DNA of 64,000 nt from contig CAZNZQ010000003.1 of assembly GCA_964577675.1 (NCBI GenBank), positions 3,330 to 67,329 of the forward strand. Direction: 5' to 3'. Under the pieces are notes generated by a model. It saw only the letters and a list, made by a program, of their open reading frames with translations. It was not told where the DNA came from and did not search any database. Shown here piece after piece: positions 8,574 to 18,659 of this stretch. The DNA comes from an uncultured Candidatus Saccharibacteria bacterium. Its GTDB lineage: Bacteria; Patescibacteriota; Minisyncoccia; Phycocordibacterales; UBA5272. The translations under genes were made by a program, and so were the position numbers. Numbering within the stretch: position 1 is the stretch's first letter; the number at the start of each line of letters is the position of its first letter.

Positions 8574-10270
8574 AAGGAATTATTTTAGCAGGAGGAACTG
8601 GGTCACGACTGTTTCCGTTGACTAAAATTACCTCCAAACAACTACTGCCGGTTTATAACAAACAAATGGTCTTTTACCCGCTCGAGACCCTGAGAGATTC
8701 CGGTATACGTGAGGTTTTGTTTATTAGTGACAGAAAGAATCTTGATAAATACAAAGAGCTCTTAGGTGACGGTTCAGAAATTGGGCTATCCCTTACCTAT
8801 GTCATTCAAGAAAAACCAGAAGGGCTTCCGCAAGCTTTTCTTTTAGGAGAAGAGTTTATTGGTGACGACGATGTTACTCTCATACTAGGGGATAATATTT
8901 TTGGTTCATCTTTTAAAGAAGAGGTTTCTACATTTAAGAGAGGGGCGAGGATATTCGCAAAGTACGTTAAAGACCCAGAACGTTTCGGAGTGGTAGAATT
9001 CAATAGTGATAACAAAGTGCTATCTCTTGAGGAGAAGCCAGTTAAACCCAAGAGTAGTTTCGCTGTTCCAGGTCTATATATATTTGATAGTAGGGTTGTC
9101 GGATTCGCTAAACAACTCACGCCAAGTAAGCGAGGGGAGCTAGAAATTATTGATATTCAGAAGAGGTATCTAGAGATTAAAGAACTTGAAGCGTACGAAA
9201 TGAAAGGGGATTGGGTTGATGCTGGGACATTTGATAGCTTGGTAGAAGCAGGTATATGGGCCAAGGAAAGAGCCAAGAAAGGTGTGGCGCCATTAGAAGG
9301 AGATTCAGTCACAGTTCTGGTGGCTCTTGCTGCCCAAGATATGTCACAGTTCGACCAGGTTGCTAGCCGGATAAGTATCGAGAAAAATGTCACACACATA
9401 GTCGTCATATGTGAAGTGACTTGTGATGAGTCTCGTATTAAAAAGTTATTAGAAGGATTTGAAGGAGAAGTTATTGTTGCTCCACTTCCCGGCGCTTTTT
9501 CACCAGAGTCAGCATTTGCAGAAGGATTGGCTCGCGCTCAGTCGATTAATACAGATTATGTTTTTCTTATTGAAGGTCACAGTTTACCTGAAGACTCAGC
9601 TGTAGAAACTTTACTTGAGACGAAGAAGCGCTTACCGGAAGATGATGTTATTTTAATTTGTAATCGACCGAATATATCTGGGTCGTCAGCCATCTTTTAT
9701 CAAAAGCCAATAAGTGTTCGTGGTAGACCAATGTCTATGTTCCAGGGGCTTTCTTATGAAAAGATGGTTAGATTTTTTAGCATAGCTGTGAATAAGCATT
9801 TCCAAAGGGGGAGCTTTCAGTTTATGCCTGTTGTTCCGGTTGAAGCTTTTTCCTACACTGGAGCCTTTCTACCGATTGAAGCGGTCAAAATGACGACCTT
9901 GCCACAAGGAGGAGTTGCTTATGGAGCTGACCTTGAGTATTCCTGGAGAATGAGAAAAAAAGGCTATATCAGCTATGTTTGCTATGACCCTAAGCTTTAT
10001 GACCTTAATCATAAGAGTGTTCCAGAAAATGACACCGTCGGACTCTTCTCAGGGAGAGTGTCTCTTACTACTGTTCGCACTAAAATGAGTGACATGGTAC
10101 TTATCTCCAGAAGGAACAGTGAGCAGAATCCTGTAGCTCTTCTTAGTCTCGTTATTATATGGACCTTTTCTTTATCTATTTTAGGTTTGGTGCGGTACGG
10201 TTTAAGAAAGCGTTTCTTAGACACTGTTTTTGCACTTATGTCTGGTATCTATAGTGGGTATAAGCGCTAG
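8570..10270 (+). CDS. Glucose-1-phosphate thymidylyltransferase (RmlA-like) fused to a C-terminal GT2-like domain with a terminal TM helix
   Basis: N-terminus [28 protein letters not shown] is the RmlA signature. At ~240 aa a second domain begins: [11 protein letters not shown]...[14 protein letters not shown], GT2-like. C-terminal hydrophobic helix [18 protein letters not shown]. 566 aa versus ~290 aa for stand-alone RmlA. Confidence 0.7.
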   Translation: [566 protein letters not shown]

Positions 10271-10272
10271 CG

Positions 10273-11019
10273 CTAGTCTTTGTAGCTAAGATAAACATCA
10301 AACAGTCTTTCCACAAACTCGTTACCCTCGTGTGCTCCCACAGACTCAGTGTTCTTAAAATACATAATATGGTCGGCAAGGTCTTGAAGGGAGACTGTAT
10401 ATTTTTTGTTCATTCGATAAAAGCCTTCGTTATCTTGATCAAAGTAAGACGGATTTTTCCCAAGCACTATATCAATACAAGAGCTTATAAAGTCGTCAAC
10501 GTGCGCGAGAACTATTTCTTTTCCAGGGTCAGATATTTCTATTGGTTCGCCGTGTGCAATTTTGTGACAAAAAGTCGCGACTACTGAATGTGCGTTTGGC
10601 TTAGCCCATCTACCAAAAGTATTGGTGAGACGCACGATGTACACCTTGGCGCCGGCCTCTTTTTGGTAACCTAAGAGAGCTTCTTCTGCCCTTCTTTTAC
10701 TTACACCGAAGTCATTTTCTAGTACTGCGTGTATTGAAGAGGTGTAGAGGACGTGGGTTGCAAGCCCTTCTTCTTTTAGGAGGGTAACAATCTTTTCTGT
10801 AAGTTCACTATTACCTTTGTAGAACTCTTTCGGGTCCTGTGGTCGACTGATACCAGCTAGGTGGAATATGTAATCAGCTTTTTTTAGACTGTCACGTAAC
10901 TCTCCGTCTGTTATGTTTCGTGTCACAGTGAGTAGGTTAAAGGAAGGGTTTTCGGCGAGTCTGGCTATTAAGTTTTTACCGATAAACCCAGTGCCACCGG
11001 TGATGAGTATTGTTTTCAT
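10273..11019 (-). CDS. NAD-dependent sugar epimerase/reductase (short SDR-like, CapF/RmlD-like)
   Basis: ILITGGTGFIGKNL Rossmann motif; 248 aa. Confidence 0.6.
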   Translation of the reverse strand: MKTILITGGTGFIGKNLIARLAENPSFNLLTVTRNITDGELRDSLKKADYIFHLAGISRPQDPKEFYKGNSELTEKIVTLLKEEGLATHVLYTSSIHAVLENDFGVSKRRAEEALLGYQKEAGAKVYIVRLTNTFGRWAKPNAHSVVATFCHKIAHGEPIEISDPGKEIVLAHVDDFISSCIDIVLGKNPSYFDQDNEGFYRMNKKYTVSLQDLADHIMYFKNTESVGAHEGNEFVERLFDVYLSYKD

Positions 11020-11024
11020 ATAAT

Positions 11025-11855
11025 TTAGAGAGCTTGGATATTTTTATAAGCAAGGTCAAAGAATTGCCCTGCATCCCAAGCCGTGTAACCTTCTTCTGCT
11101 AGTTCGTAAACGAAAACTTTTGCAGCTGGCCCCATGGATACCATGACGAGCACCTCCTTCGGAGTGTAGTCGTTTTCCTTTACTAGTTCGCGGAATGCTG
11201 TGCGAATTTCTGCTATCTTGTCCCATCCGTCGCTCTTGGGCGCCTCTATGAGATGGGTAGTCTTCCCAAGTGAAATATCTTTAAAGCGTTCAAGGGAAGA
11301 GGTAATGATAACAACGTTCTTTTTCAAAAAGTAGTCTTTTAGTTTCTTGTAATCTATCCCTGTGTTAACAGCAGGGTAGAAGGCAAAAGAGCTACCATAG
11401 ACTCTACCTTTTTGTACGTACTTATGAAGGAGAACTTTGCTGTTAATCCAGTATTTGAATTCATCACCCTTACCAATCTTTTCTAGCTCTTCCCTTGTCT
11501 TTGTCAGATGGTCACCTGGGAGACAGATGATCATATTGGCTGACTTTGAGGACAGGATGCTTAGCAGTCCTTTCTGTAGACTTTTATTAAACTTTTGGCG
11601 CCAGTCGTTGAAGTAGACACTTGCTCCACGCATAAGACCGAATTCTCCGTCACCTAGTCGTACAATAGAGCTGTCGTTATCTATTATGTAATTAAATGTC
11701 TCCTCAGGGGAGAGGAAGTTCAGTCTTTTGTATAATGGGACATGTTTATCGGCTGCGAATTTATCATATAGGTTTCTTTTCAGGAAATAGAAAATTGCAC
11801 GAGGGTTATCAATAAACTTTTGCACACGACTTCCCCATACGCTTGCAGGCATCAT
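11025..11855 (-). CDS. Putative GT-D fold glycosyltransferase (DUF1792-like)
   Basis: RLGDGEFGLMRG motif resembling the DUF1792/GT-D metal-binding DxE region; from memory, not verified. Confidence 0.4.
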   Translation of the reverse strand: MMPASVWGSRVQKFIDNPRAIFYFLKRNLYDKFAADKHVPLYKRLNFLSPEETFNYIIDNDSSIVRLGDGEFGLMRGASVYFNDWRQKFNKSLQKGLLSILSSKSANMIICLPGDHLTKTREELEKIGKGDEFKYWINSKVLLHKYVQKGRVYGSSFAFYPAVNTGIDYKKLKDYFLKKNVVIITSSLERFKDISLGKTTHLIEAPKSDGWDKIAEIRTAFRELVKENDYTPKEVLVMVSMGPAAKVFVYELAEEGYTAWDAGQFFDLAYKNIQAL

Positions 11856-11926
11856 ATACCCTTCATTATAACAGATTTTTTAAGCGTGTTTTTGGCTAAG
11901 AAATAAGCTATAATTAAGCCACATTT

Positions 11927-12880
11927 ATGGAAAAAACTAATAAAAATAAAGTTATTTTCATTACCGGGGCTACTGGGTTTATTGGAAGAGCTCTCACAAA
12001 AAGGCTTCTTTCTAACGTTCAGGTCTCAAAACTTATCGTTCTTTCCCGCCATGATTCTTTTGAAGAGTACAAAGATAATGCCAGAGTAGTTCCTGTCCTA
12101 GGAGATGTTAATAATCTAAGCATGTTGGTTAGAACTCTTGAGGAGCATGATGTCACTCACATATATCATCTTGCGTCAGAGGCCATTGTGTCGACATATA
12201 CTAAGCACCCCCTCGAAGCGTATCTCTCTACTGTACAGGGTGTAACAACGCTACTTGAGGCAGCAAGAGTCGCTAAGATTAAATTAGAAAGAGTGTTAGT
12301 AGGAACGTCATACAAAGTCTACGGCAGCTCTACTCCACCTTATAATGAGTCAACTTGCTTCATGCCGGGGAACACATATGAGACCGCAAAAGCCTGCCAA
12401 GATTTTATTGCCCAAGATTACTACCGTACTTTCAAGGTACCTGTTATCATTTTTAGATCAGTGAATGTATACGGCCCAGGGGATAGTCATCTCACAAGAC
12501 TGGTTCCGAAGGTTTGTAGTGACCTCATCCATGACAGAACTCCAACCGTCTACTCATCTGTAAGAGATAGTCTTCGTGAGTTTATTTATATTGACGACTT
12601 GCTCGATGCTCTATCTGTCATTGAAGATAAAGGAGAAGCTGGTGATGTGTTCTGTATTGGAGGACACCGCGAAACAATTTATAATATTGTTGAAAAAATA
12701 TGTGAGATTGCTGAGCACAAAGAGAAGCCGCTTATTGCGAATGTCGATCGTGCTGCAGAAACAAAAGAGCACGCCCTTGATGACTCTAAGATAAAGAGCC
12801 TAGGGTGGGGGATGAAAGTTTCCTTTGAAGAAGGTTTAGAAAGGACGTTCCAGTTTTACAAGAGTAAACCGCTAGCCTAG
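11927..12880 (+). CDS. NAD-dependent epimerase/dehydratase family protein
   Basis: FITGATGFIGRAL Rossmann motif; YETAK (YxxxK); 317 aa. Confidence 0.7.
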   Translation: MEKTNKNKVIFITGATGFIGRALTKRLLSNVQVSKLIVLSRHDSFEEYKDNARVVPVLGDVNNLSMLVRTLEEHDVTHIYHLASEAIVSTYTKHPLEAYLSTVQGVTTLLEAARVAKIKLERVLVGTSYKVYGSSTPPYNESTCFMPGNTYETAKACQDFIAQDYYRTFKVPVIIFRSVNVYGPGDSHLTRLVPKVCSDLIHDRTPTVYSSVRDSLREFIYIDDLLDALSVIEDKGEAGDVFCIGGHRETIYNIVEKICEIAEHKEKPLIANVDRAAETKEHALDDSKIKSLGWGMKVSFEEGLERTFQFYKSKPLA

Positions 12881-12884
12881 CGGC

Positions 12885-13742
12885 TTAACGTTCGTAGAAT
12901 AAAACTTTTTCTCTAAAGAATCGTGCGTGCAATGCATTATATATTTTTGTATATATTTTGTAGATAGGTTTTGCTTTCTTAAGAATAGTCCTTACTTGCT
13001 TCCAAAGAGTCACACTTTTAACATCAAGCTCTGACTGAGCTCTCTTATATTTTCTTTCCCAAACTTTACATAGTGATATAAAGATTCTCTTCTCACGCTC
13101 AGATTCGGATATCTCCTCATTTCTCGTGAATAAGAATAGGCCCCAGCCACTTGCGTGACAGAGCTCCGTTAAATCCCATTTTGCATAGGGGAGTTTGTCA
13201 AAAAGTATCCCTTTGTCGTTACTCCTGATGTCGTCTATTGCAACCAGTGCTGTGTCTGCTAAGAGATGTTGATAGACTTCAAACTCATCTTCAAGTTGGA
13301 AGTTATAGTGGAGCGTATCTGTAAAGAGGAGGTCAATATTTTTTGGCAGTTGCTTGATAATTTCATAACTACAGACATCACCAAAAAGAAATGATACCTG
13401 AGAATCGGTGAACATCTCTGGTGGGCAAAAGCGCTGGTCCTTCTCCACATCGATTGTATATAAGTGAGCATTATTTTTCTTTATTGCTGCATATAAGGCG
13501 ACGGTCGACATGCCAGTTTGGTTACCCAACTCAACCACTTCTTTAAGGTCCAATTTGGTGACGAGGTTATTCAAGAATTTCATGTAGTAACCACCTGTGC
13601 CGTTAATGTACGAAAGGCAGGCAACGTGCTCCTCGTTGTTGGTATCAAAGCGAGTCAGATATTTTTTATCAATAGTAAGCGAGTCTTTCTCGCTTTGAAA
13701 GTTTTTGATGATTGTGTCAATTGTTTCTTTTGTTGTTTTCAT
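12885..13742 (-). CDS. Class I SAM-dependent methyltransferase (CmcI/sugar O-methyltransferase-like)
   Basis: VVELGNQTGMSTVALYAA methyltransferase motif I; within the glycan cluster. Confidence 0.55.
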   Translation of the reverse strand: MKTTKETIDTIIKNFQSEKDSLTIDKKYLTRFDTNNEEHVACLSYINGTGGYYMKFLNNLVTKLDLKEVVELGNQTGMSTVALYAAIKKNNAHLYTIDVEKDQRFCPPEMFTDSQVSFLFGDVCSYEIIKQLPKNIDLLFTDTLHYNFQLEDEFEVYQHLLADTALVAIDDIRSNDKGILFDKLPYAKWDLTELCHASGWGLFLFTRNEEISESEREKRIFISLCKVWERKYKRAQSELDVKSVTLWKQVRTILKKAKPIYKIYTKIYNALHARFFREKVLFYER

Positions 13743-13751
13743 GGTGATTTT

Positions 13752-14651
13752 CTACGAAGTGATTCCAAGCTTCCCTAAGAGATTTTTATCTTGAAGCTCT
13801 TTGTCCTTATGGAGAAAGAGGTACATGTATACCCCTTGCTTATCAAAGTCAGGAGTTATTTTTTCTAGTTTCCCATTATCTGCGATGTAGGACTCGTATC
13901 CGATATTTTCAAGCGTGCTAAAGATCTCTTTAAAGTTATGGTTGGTAAAGTCTCTGCCAATGTTTGCCAGATGAAGGGCGATTTCAATAAAGAGCACCGG
14001 ACGAGATTTTTCCAACAGTGACAACCCTCCTTTAATGGCAGCATATTCATGCCCTTCTACGTCGATTTTTATAAAATGAGGGTCTGGCAGGTTCTTTTCT
14101 TTCACGTAGCCATCTAGGGTTGCAAGTGTAATCGTCCTCGTAGGACTTTCGCTATTTAGAAAGTCTTTTTCCAGGGTTGAGCCAGAGCCAGCAAGGTGGA
14201 GTGTTGCCTCCCCGGATTTGTCGCTTAATGCAATTTCGTGAAGGGTCACACGCTCCTCGTACCTGTTTAACGTAACTGACTGGCGAAGGGTGTCTAGGTG
14301 CTCCTTAACTGGGTCAAAGCTATGAACTTGTGCCACAGAGGAAAGAGTTAGAGCAAGTAGGGAGTAAGGTCCAGTGTTTGAGCCAATATCATAAAACACG
14401 TACGGCGAACCATGATCGCTATTATTAATAATAGCCTCAACAATAGACATGTCTGCTTCTTCGACTGTGCCATTGTTCGCAAAACCGTAAGCGATATCAG
14501 TATAGTCAAGAACATTCCCACAGTACCAGAACCCAAACTTGGTCTTTACGGCTAAGTTGTTTTCGTTGGCATACTTACCCGTAAAGTAAAGAACATTCTT
14601 ACCAGTAACGGAAGATAGGTATCTCAGTAATGTGATAAATAGGTTTTGCAT
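13752..14651 (-). CDS. FkbM-family methyltransferase
   Basis: VFYDIGSNTGPYSL matches the FkbM-domain DIGAN-G motif. Confidence 0.65.
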   Translation of the reverse strand: MQNLFITLLRYLSSVTGKNVLYFTGKYANENNLAVKTKFGFWYCGNVLDYTDIAYGFANNGTVEEADMSIVEAIINNSDHGSPYVFYDIGSNTGPYSLLALTLSSVAQVHSFDPVKEHLDTLRQSVTLNRYEERVTLHEIALSDKSGEATLHLAGSGSTLEKDFLNSESPTRTITLATLDGYVKEKNLPDPHFIKIDVEGHEYAAIKGGLSLLEKSRPVLFIEIALHLANIGRDFTNHNFKEIFSTLENIGYESYIADNGKLEKITPDFDKQGVYMYLFLHKDKELQDKNLLGKLGITS

Positions 14652-14653
14652 AG

Positions 14654-15898
14654 TTAAGAAAGAATTTCGTTTACAATTGTAAGCATATCACCTTGGTACT
14701 TTTTCTTAGAGAACGTCGACTCTGTTTTACTTTTGGCTGCTTGTACCATTTTTGCCCATACGAGTGGGTCGTTCTTCTTTAATGAGATAAATTCTTTCAT
14801 AAACTCAAGATACTGGGCTACATCATTGCGCTTCGCGATTCTTGCAAAAGAGGAATCGAGGTATTCAAGATGTGCGTTCCATAGATGGGAAATATGACTA
14901 ATAATCGGCTTACCTGCATACATAGATTCGTTGATATTAAGCCCCTGTGTTTCCCCGTCAAACCTAAAGTGCGCAAGAGCGTCTATTCCAAAATAAAAAG
15001 ACCAGAGCTCTTCCTCTTTACCTGTCGGAGGAAGAAAGTGAACGTTTGGTATTTTTCTACTCTCTACAATGTGTATAAATTTAGGAGAAGGGGAAACTAT
15101 CACATAATGAGCAGTGGGCTCATCTTTTACTAACAAGTCAAATGCCTCAATCCCAATCGGGTCGAATATATCATCCGAATTTCTTCCGATTCTTCCAAAG
15201 ATAAAGGATTCGTCGGGGATTGAAAGCTGTTTACGTAAGGATGTTACACCCTCTGCTGTCTGCTCTGTGCTGATTGGAATGTACATGGCTTTATTTCGGG
15301 AGAGGTGGCCAGTGTACTGTTCGGAATGCTTGAGAACTTCTTTCGATATGTAGATAATTTTCTTTACATTTGACTGTAAGCATGGCGCCCCAAAAATATT
15401 GATGAGGATGATGGGGATGTTTTGTATCGTAATGAACGGGTACTCTGATTTTCCTGTTCCTGCGGTAATGAGCAGGTCTATGTCGTAAGCAGAAATGACA
15501 TCTTTAATATGTGGGTTCATCGACTCAATATAATGAGGGTAACTCTTAGATATAGAGTCATATGTAAAATGAATGAGTGTTGCAAATTTTTCGACCTCAG
15601 CCTTGCGATTTGGCTTAGAGACGTCACTTGCGTGAAGAATAAATACATCGTACTCGCGAGAAAGTCCCTCCGCGATTATCTGCAAACTCTTTTCTGTCCC
15701 TGCGTAATATAGTGCTGTTAAGTGATAAATAAGAACCCTCTTTTTACTTTTGACTGGAATAGTTGGCGGAGCTGTTTCCTTGCGCAGGCCTTCCTCTCTG
15801 TACATCTTTGTGCGGTAGAACTGTTCTGTGGCAAGGAGAATGACACGCCTCACACATACGGGCATTTTTTTGTAGAGATTTTTTAGAAAGAATCTCAT
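14654..15898 (-). CDS. Glycosyltransferase family 4 (GT-B, Glycos_transf_1)
   Basis: C-terminal FGRIGRNSDD...ETQGLNINESMYAGKPIIS, an E-x7-E-like retaining GT-B motif. Confidence 0.6.
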   Translation of the reverse strand: MRFFLKNLYKKMPVCVRRVILLATEQFYRTKMYREEGLRKETAPPTIPVKSKKRVLIYHLTALYYAGTEKSLQIIAEGLSREYDVFILHASDVSKPNRKAEVEKFATLIHFTYDSISKSYPHYIESMNPHIKDVISAYDIDLLITAGTGKSEYPFITIQNIPIILINIFGAPCLQSNVKKIIYISKEVLKHSEQYTGHLSRNKAMYIPISTEQTAEGVTSLRKQLSIPDESFIFGRIGRNSDDIFDPIGIEAFDLLVKDEPTAHYVIVSPSPKFIHIVESRKIPNVHFLPPTGKEEELWSFYFGIDALAHFRFDGETQGLNINESMYAGKPIISHISHLWNAHLEYLDSSFARIAKRNDVAQYLEFMKEFISLKKNDPLVWAKMVQAAKSKTESTFSKKKYQGDMLTIVNEILS

Positions 15899-15900
15899 GT

Positions 15901-16626
15901 TTACGGAATTATTTTTATCACAATTCTGCGAATCATATTATAGATTTTATTAAGGAACCATGAGGTTTTTGCCGCAGTACCCATCTCGATGGTAGGGAGC
16001 TTGCTATCTGACCTCACTTTTGTCGCATAGATTCCACTTGGGTAACCGGCAACATCAATATCAAGAAATATAACCTGCCACTCATTAAGATGAGTTCTCC
16101 ACCAATCTTTACTCCTTACATGCCACATGTCCCAGTCGATGTTTTCATCATAACGCTCATCGAAGAAAAGTACAGACCCTGGCGGTAAGGCAGAAAGGGT
16201 TCTCAAAAAGTGTGCGACGTAGTAGTTTTCTATATGATTAAGCACTGTCGCTGTTGTGACAAAGACCGGCCCTTCTAGGTTCATCTTCTCGAAAGCGTTT
16301 ACCATGTCATCGTTAATAAAACTAACGTTTACACAATCTCTGGTTGTATCTTTTGCTACATCTATTCCTTTGCTTGAGGGTTCAATACCAATACTCCTTT
16401 CAAAGTGTTGGTTTAGCGCTTTTAAAAGCCACCCATTCCCAGAGCCTACGTCTATGTGAGTCTTTGGCAGAGAGGAAGTAAGCTGTAGTGCAAGAAGGAA
16501 CCCAACCCTCCTTGCTGTTTCATTCTTCTCGTATTCAGCAACTATTTTTTTAGTAGTAGCTAGGTTGTTGCTCTCTGAGTGGAAGTCTTTATCATGAGCT
16601 AGATAACTTTTAAGATCTTTTTGCAT
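15901..16626 (-). CDS. Class I SAM-dependent methyltransferase
   Basis: HIDVGSGNGWLLKAL motif I. Confidence 0.65.
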   Translation of the reverse strand: MQKDLKSYLAHDKDFHSESNNLATTKKIVAEYEKNETARRVGFLLALQLTSSLPKTHIDVGSGNGWLLKALNQHFERSIGIEPSSKGIDVAKDTTRDCVNVSFINDDMVNAFEKMNLEGPVFVTTATVLNHIENYYVAHFLRTLSALPPGSVLFFDERYDENIDWDMWHVRSKDWWRTHLNEWQVIFLDIDVAGYPSGIYATKVRSDSKLPTIEMGTAAKTSWFLNKIYNMIRRIVIKIIP

Positions 16627-16627
16627 A

Positions 16628-17386
16628 CTATTTTTTCTTTGAGAGAATTTTTTTAAGGTAGGCTAACCATTCGACAAGAATTCCTCGTGGTCCGATATCT
16701 CTGTAAAGCCTCCAAACCTGTTTTTCGTTTAAAGGTGAGCCTGTATAGTATTCGAATATTTCCTTTCCTGAGCCAAGCCAGTTCTCGTAGAAAGTAAAAT
16801 CATTCTGCCACTCCAATCTTAGGAACATAGAGTTTTTGTGCTTAGGGTTCGTTGTATTTTTGTTCACAGTATGCGAGTGAACTTGCATGTATTTAAAAGT
16901 AAAACGAAGTTGCCCTTTTTCATCCAAGTCTACAATCCATCTGTGATGAGAGGCCCCAGCCAAATTTTTAATCTCAATACCGAATGTTGTTTCGTATTGT
17001 CGGGTTGGTACTTCAATATACCCGGCTTTACTAACTCGCATCATTTCTGAGCACACCCACAAAGGGTCGCGGATGTCTTCTAAGACATGAGAACAGACAC
17101 TAAGGTCAAATTGCTTATCTTTAAAAGGCCAAGGTTCTCTGCTGCAAATATCATGTTGGGTAAAATTTTCTTTCTTAACTTTATTTCCATCACCGCCTTT
17201 ACTTTGTGCCCAGTTAATAGACTCGTATGGCACGATATCTATCAGCGCAGTAGCTCTTCCAAAGGGGCTAGATGCTCCTCCAACATCAAGTATTGTCTTG
17301 TCTTTCGGTAATGTTTCTAAGGTTTCAACCAATGGAGTCGTTATTATTTTAATCATAAGAAATGAATGAATTTCATTATACCACAA
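16628..17386 (-). CDS. Class I SAM-dependent methyltransferase (Methyltransf_11/23-like)
   Basis: ILDVGGASSPFG motif I, DLSVCSHVLEDI motif II/III. Confidence 0.65.
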   Translation of the reverse strand: MWYNEIHSFLMIKIITTPLVETLETLPKDKTILDVGGASSPFGRATALIDIVPYESINWAQSKGGDGNKVKKENFTQHDICSREPWPFKDKQFDLSVCSHVLEDIRDPLWVCSEMMRVSKAGYIEVPTRQYETTFGIEIKNLAGASHHRWIVDLDEKGQLRFTFKYMQVHSHTVNKNTTNPKHKNSMFLRLEWQNDFTFYENWLGSGKEIFEYYTGSPLNEKQVWRLYRDIGPRGILVEWLAYLKKILSKKK

Positions 17387-18659
17387 CCTTTTTTAGTTTT
17401 CTTTTTTCATTAAAAAGATGAAAAAGAAAGTAGACTGTAATACAGTTATAGCTAATAACCGTTGCAAGTGCCGCTCCGATTCCTCCATGGTTTGGTATTA
17501 GGTATAGGTTAAGCAGAATATTTACTAAAGCAGGAATGGCAGCGATTACTACTATCTCCCAGATTCTATTACGAAGAAGCAGATCTTGGTACAGGACTCC
17601 AAGAATCAGTGTCCCAACCAAAGAGAATATGTACATATTGAGGAGGGGGATACTCCCATGGAACTGTTCTCCGTACAGAGTAAGCACTAGAGGCTTGCTT
17701 AGTAGTAGCGTTGCTACGCCTATCAAGAGACCTGTGCCAATCAGCCCCAACCCAAGGCCCCCGATTCTTTTAAGGTATTCTTTTGAGTTGCCTTGATTAA
17801 AGGCATTAGCAAGTGCTGGGAAAAAAGTTGTAGAAATGATGAAAGAAACAAAATACCATACTTCTGTTAGCCGCACTGCTCCAGCATAAAGACCGACAGC
17901 AGTTACATTTTGGAGGTTCTTCAACATAACCATGTCGATTTTAGAATATATTTCTGAAAAGACGCTGAAGAGAGTAAGTGGGGCCAGGAACGAGATAAAT
18001 GTTAGAGCTCGCTTCTTTGAAGGAATTAGCCTTAATGGTCGGCCTAGTCTCTTAAGTACATACAGTGACAAGAGACCTGATATGAGAGTTTCGAGACTTT
18101 GAATAAGAATAAAGAGAGCAATAGATTCTGTGTAGTAGAGTGCAGAAATTTTTAGACTACTTGCTATGAAAAGTGTGCTTATTTGAATAAGGCCAACAGT
18201 TTTTGTGTCTCGCTCCTTCAAAAAATCAAAATAGAGCAACGAGAGCGGTTGAGTAAGGTATGTTATTCCAAAGAGAACAATAAGTAGCTTGATAAGCGAT
18301 GTCTCTCCAGAGAAGAAGCTTGCGGCACTTAATGCTAAGAAGGCAATGGATCCGGCAACGATCTTAAGAACAATGGCAGTGCTCAAAATCTCATCCCTGT
18401 GTTCAGGGTCTTCGGTCAATTTTTTGTAGACTAGGTTATCAATACCGAGCCCAACAAAGACAGCTATGATTGTCCCAAAGCTTATAACGTAGTTAATTAT
18501 CCCAAAAGACTCTGGCCCAAGTAATCGGGTCATTATAGACATTGTCCCAAGCGAAATAATAAGAGAACTTATTTTAAAAAAAAGAGACCAGAGTAAGTTA
18601 CGGGAGTAGAGGAGTACACCACTTCGAGGAAGAGTTGGGAGTATGTTGGTAAGCTTCAT
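17376..18659 (-). CDS. wzx: Oligosaccharide flippase (Wzx / MOP superfamily polysaccharide biosynthesis protein)
   Basis: 427 aa with ~12 predicted TM segments, within the glycan locus; typical Wzx architecture. Confidence 0.6.
   Translation of the reverse strand: MKLTNILPTLPRSGVLLYSRNLLWSLFFKISSLIISLGTMSIMTRLLGPESFGIINYVISFGTIIAVFVGLGIDNLVYKKLTEDPEHRDEILSTAIVLKIVAGSIAFLALSAASFFSGETSLIKLLIVLFGITYLTQPLSLLYFDFLKERDTKTVGLIQISTLFIASSLKISALYYTESIALFILIQSLETLISGLLSLYVLKRLGRPLRLIPSKKRALTFISFLAPLTLFSVFSEIYSKIDMVMLKNLQNVTAVGLYAGAVRLTEVWYFVSFIISTTFFPALANAFNQGNSKEYLKRIGGLGLGLIGTGLLIGVATLLLSKPLVLTLYGEQFHGSIPLLNMYIFSLVGTLILGVLYQDLLLRNRIWEIVVIAAIPALVNILLNLYLIPNHGGIGAALATVISYNCITVYFLFHLFNEKRKLKKVVV

Noticed and set aside
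2549-10587. Numerous 60-120-aa ORFs embedded antisense or out of frame within larger genes (e.g. 2549..2740, 3927..4217, 8806..9120, 10330..10587)
   Set aside because: Each overlaps a longer ORF with clear homology motifs; typical frame-shadow ORFs
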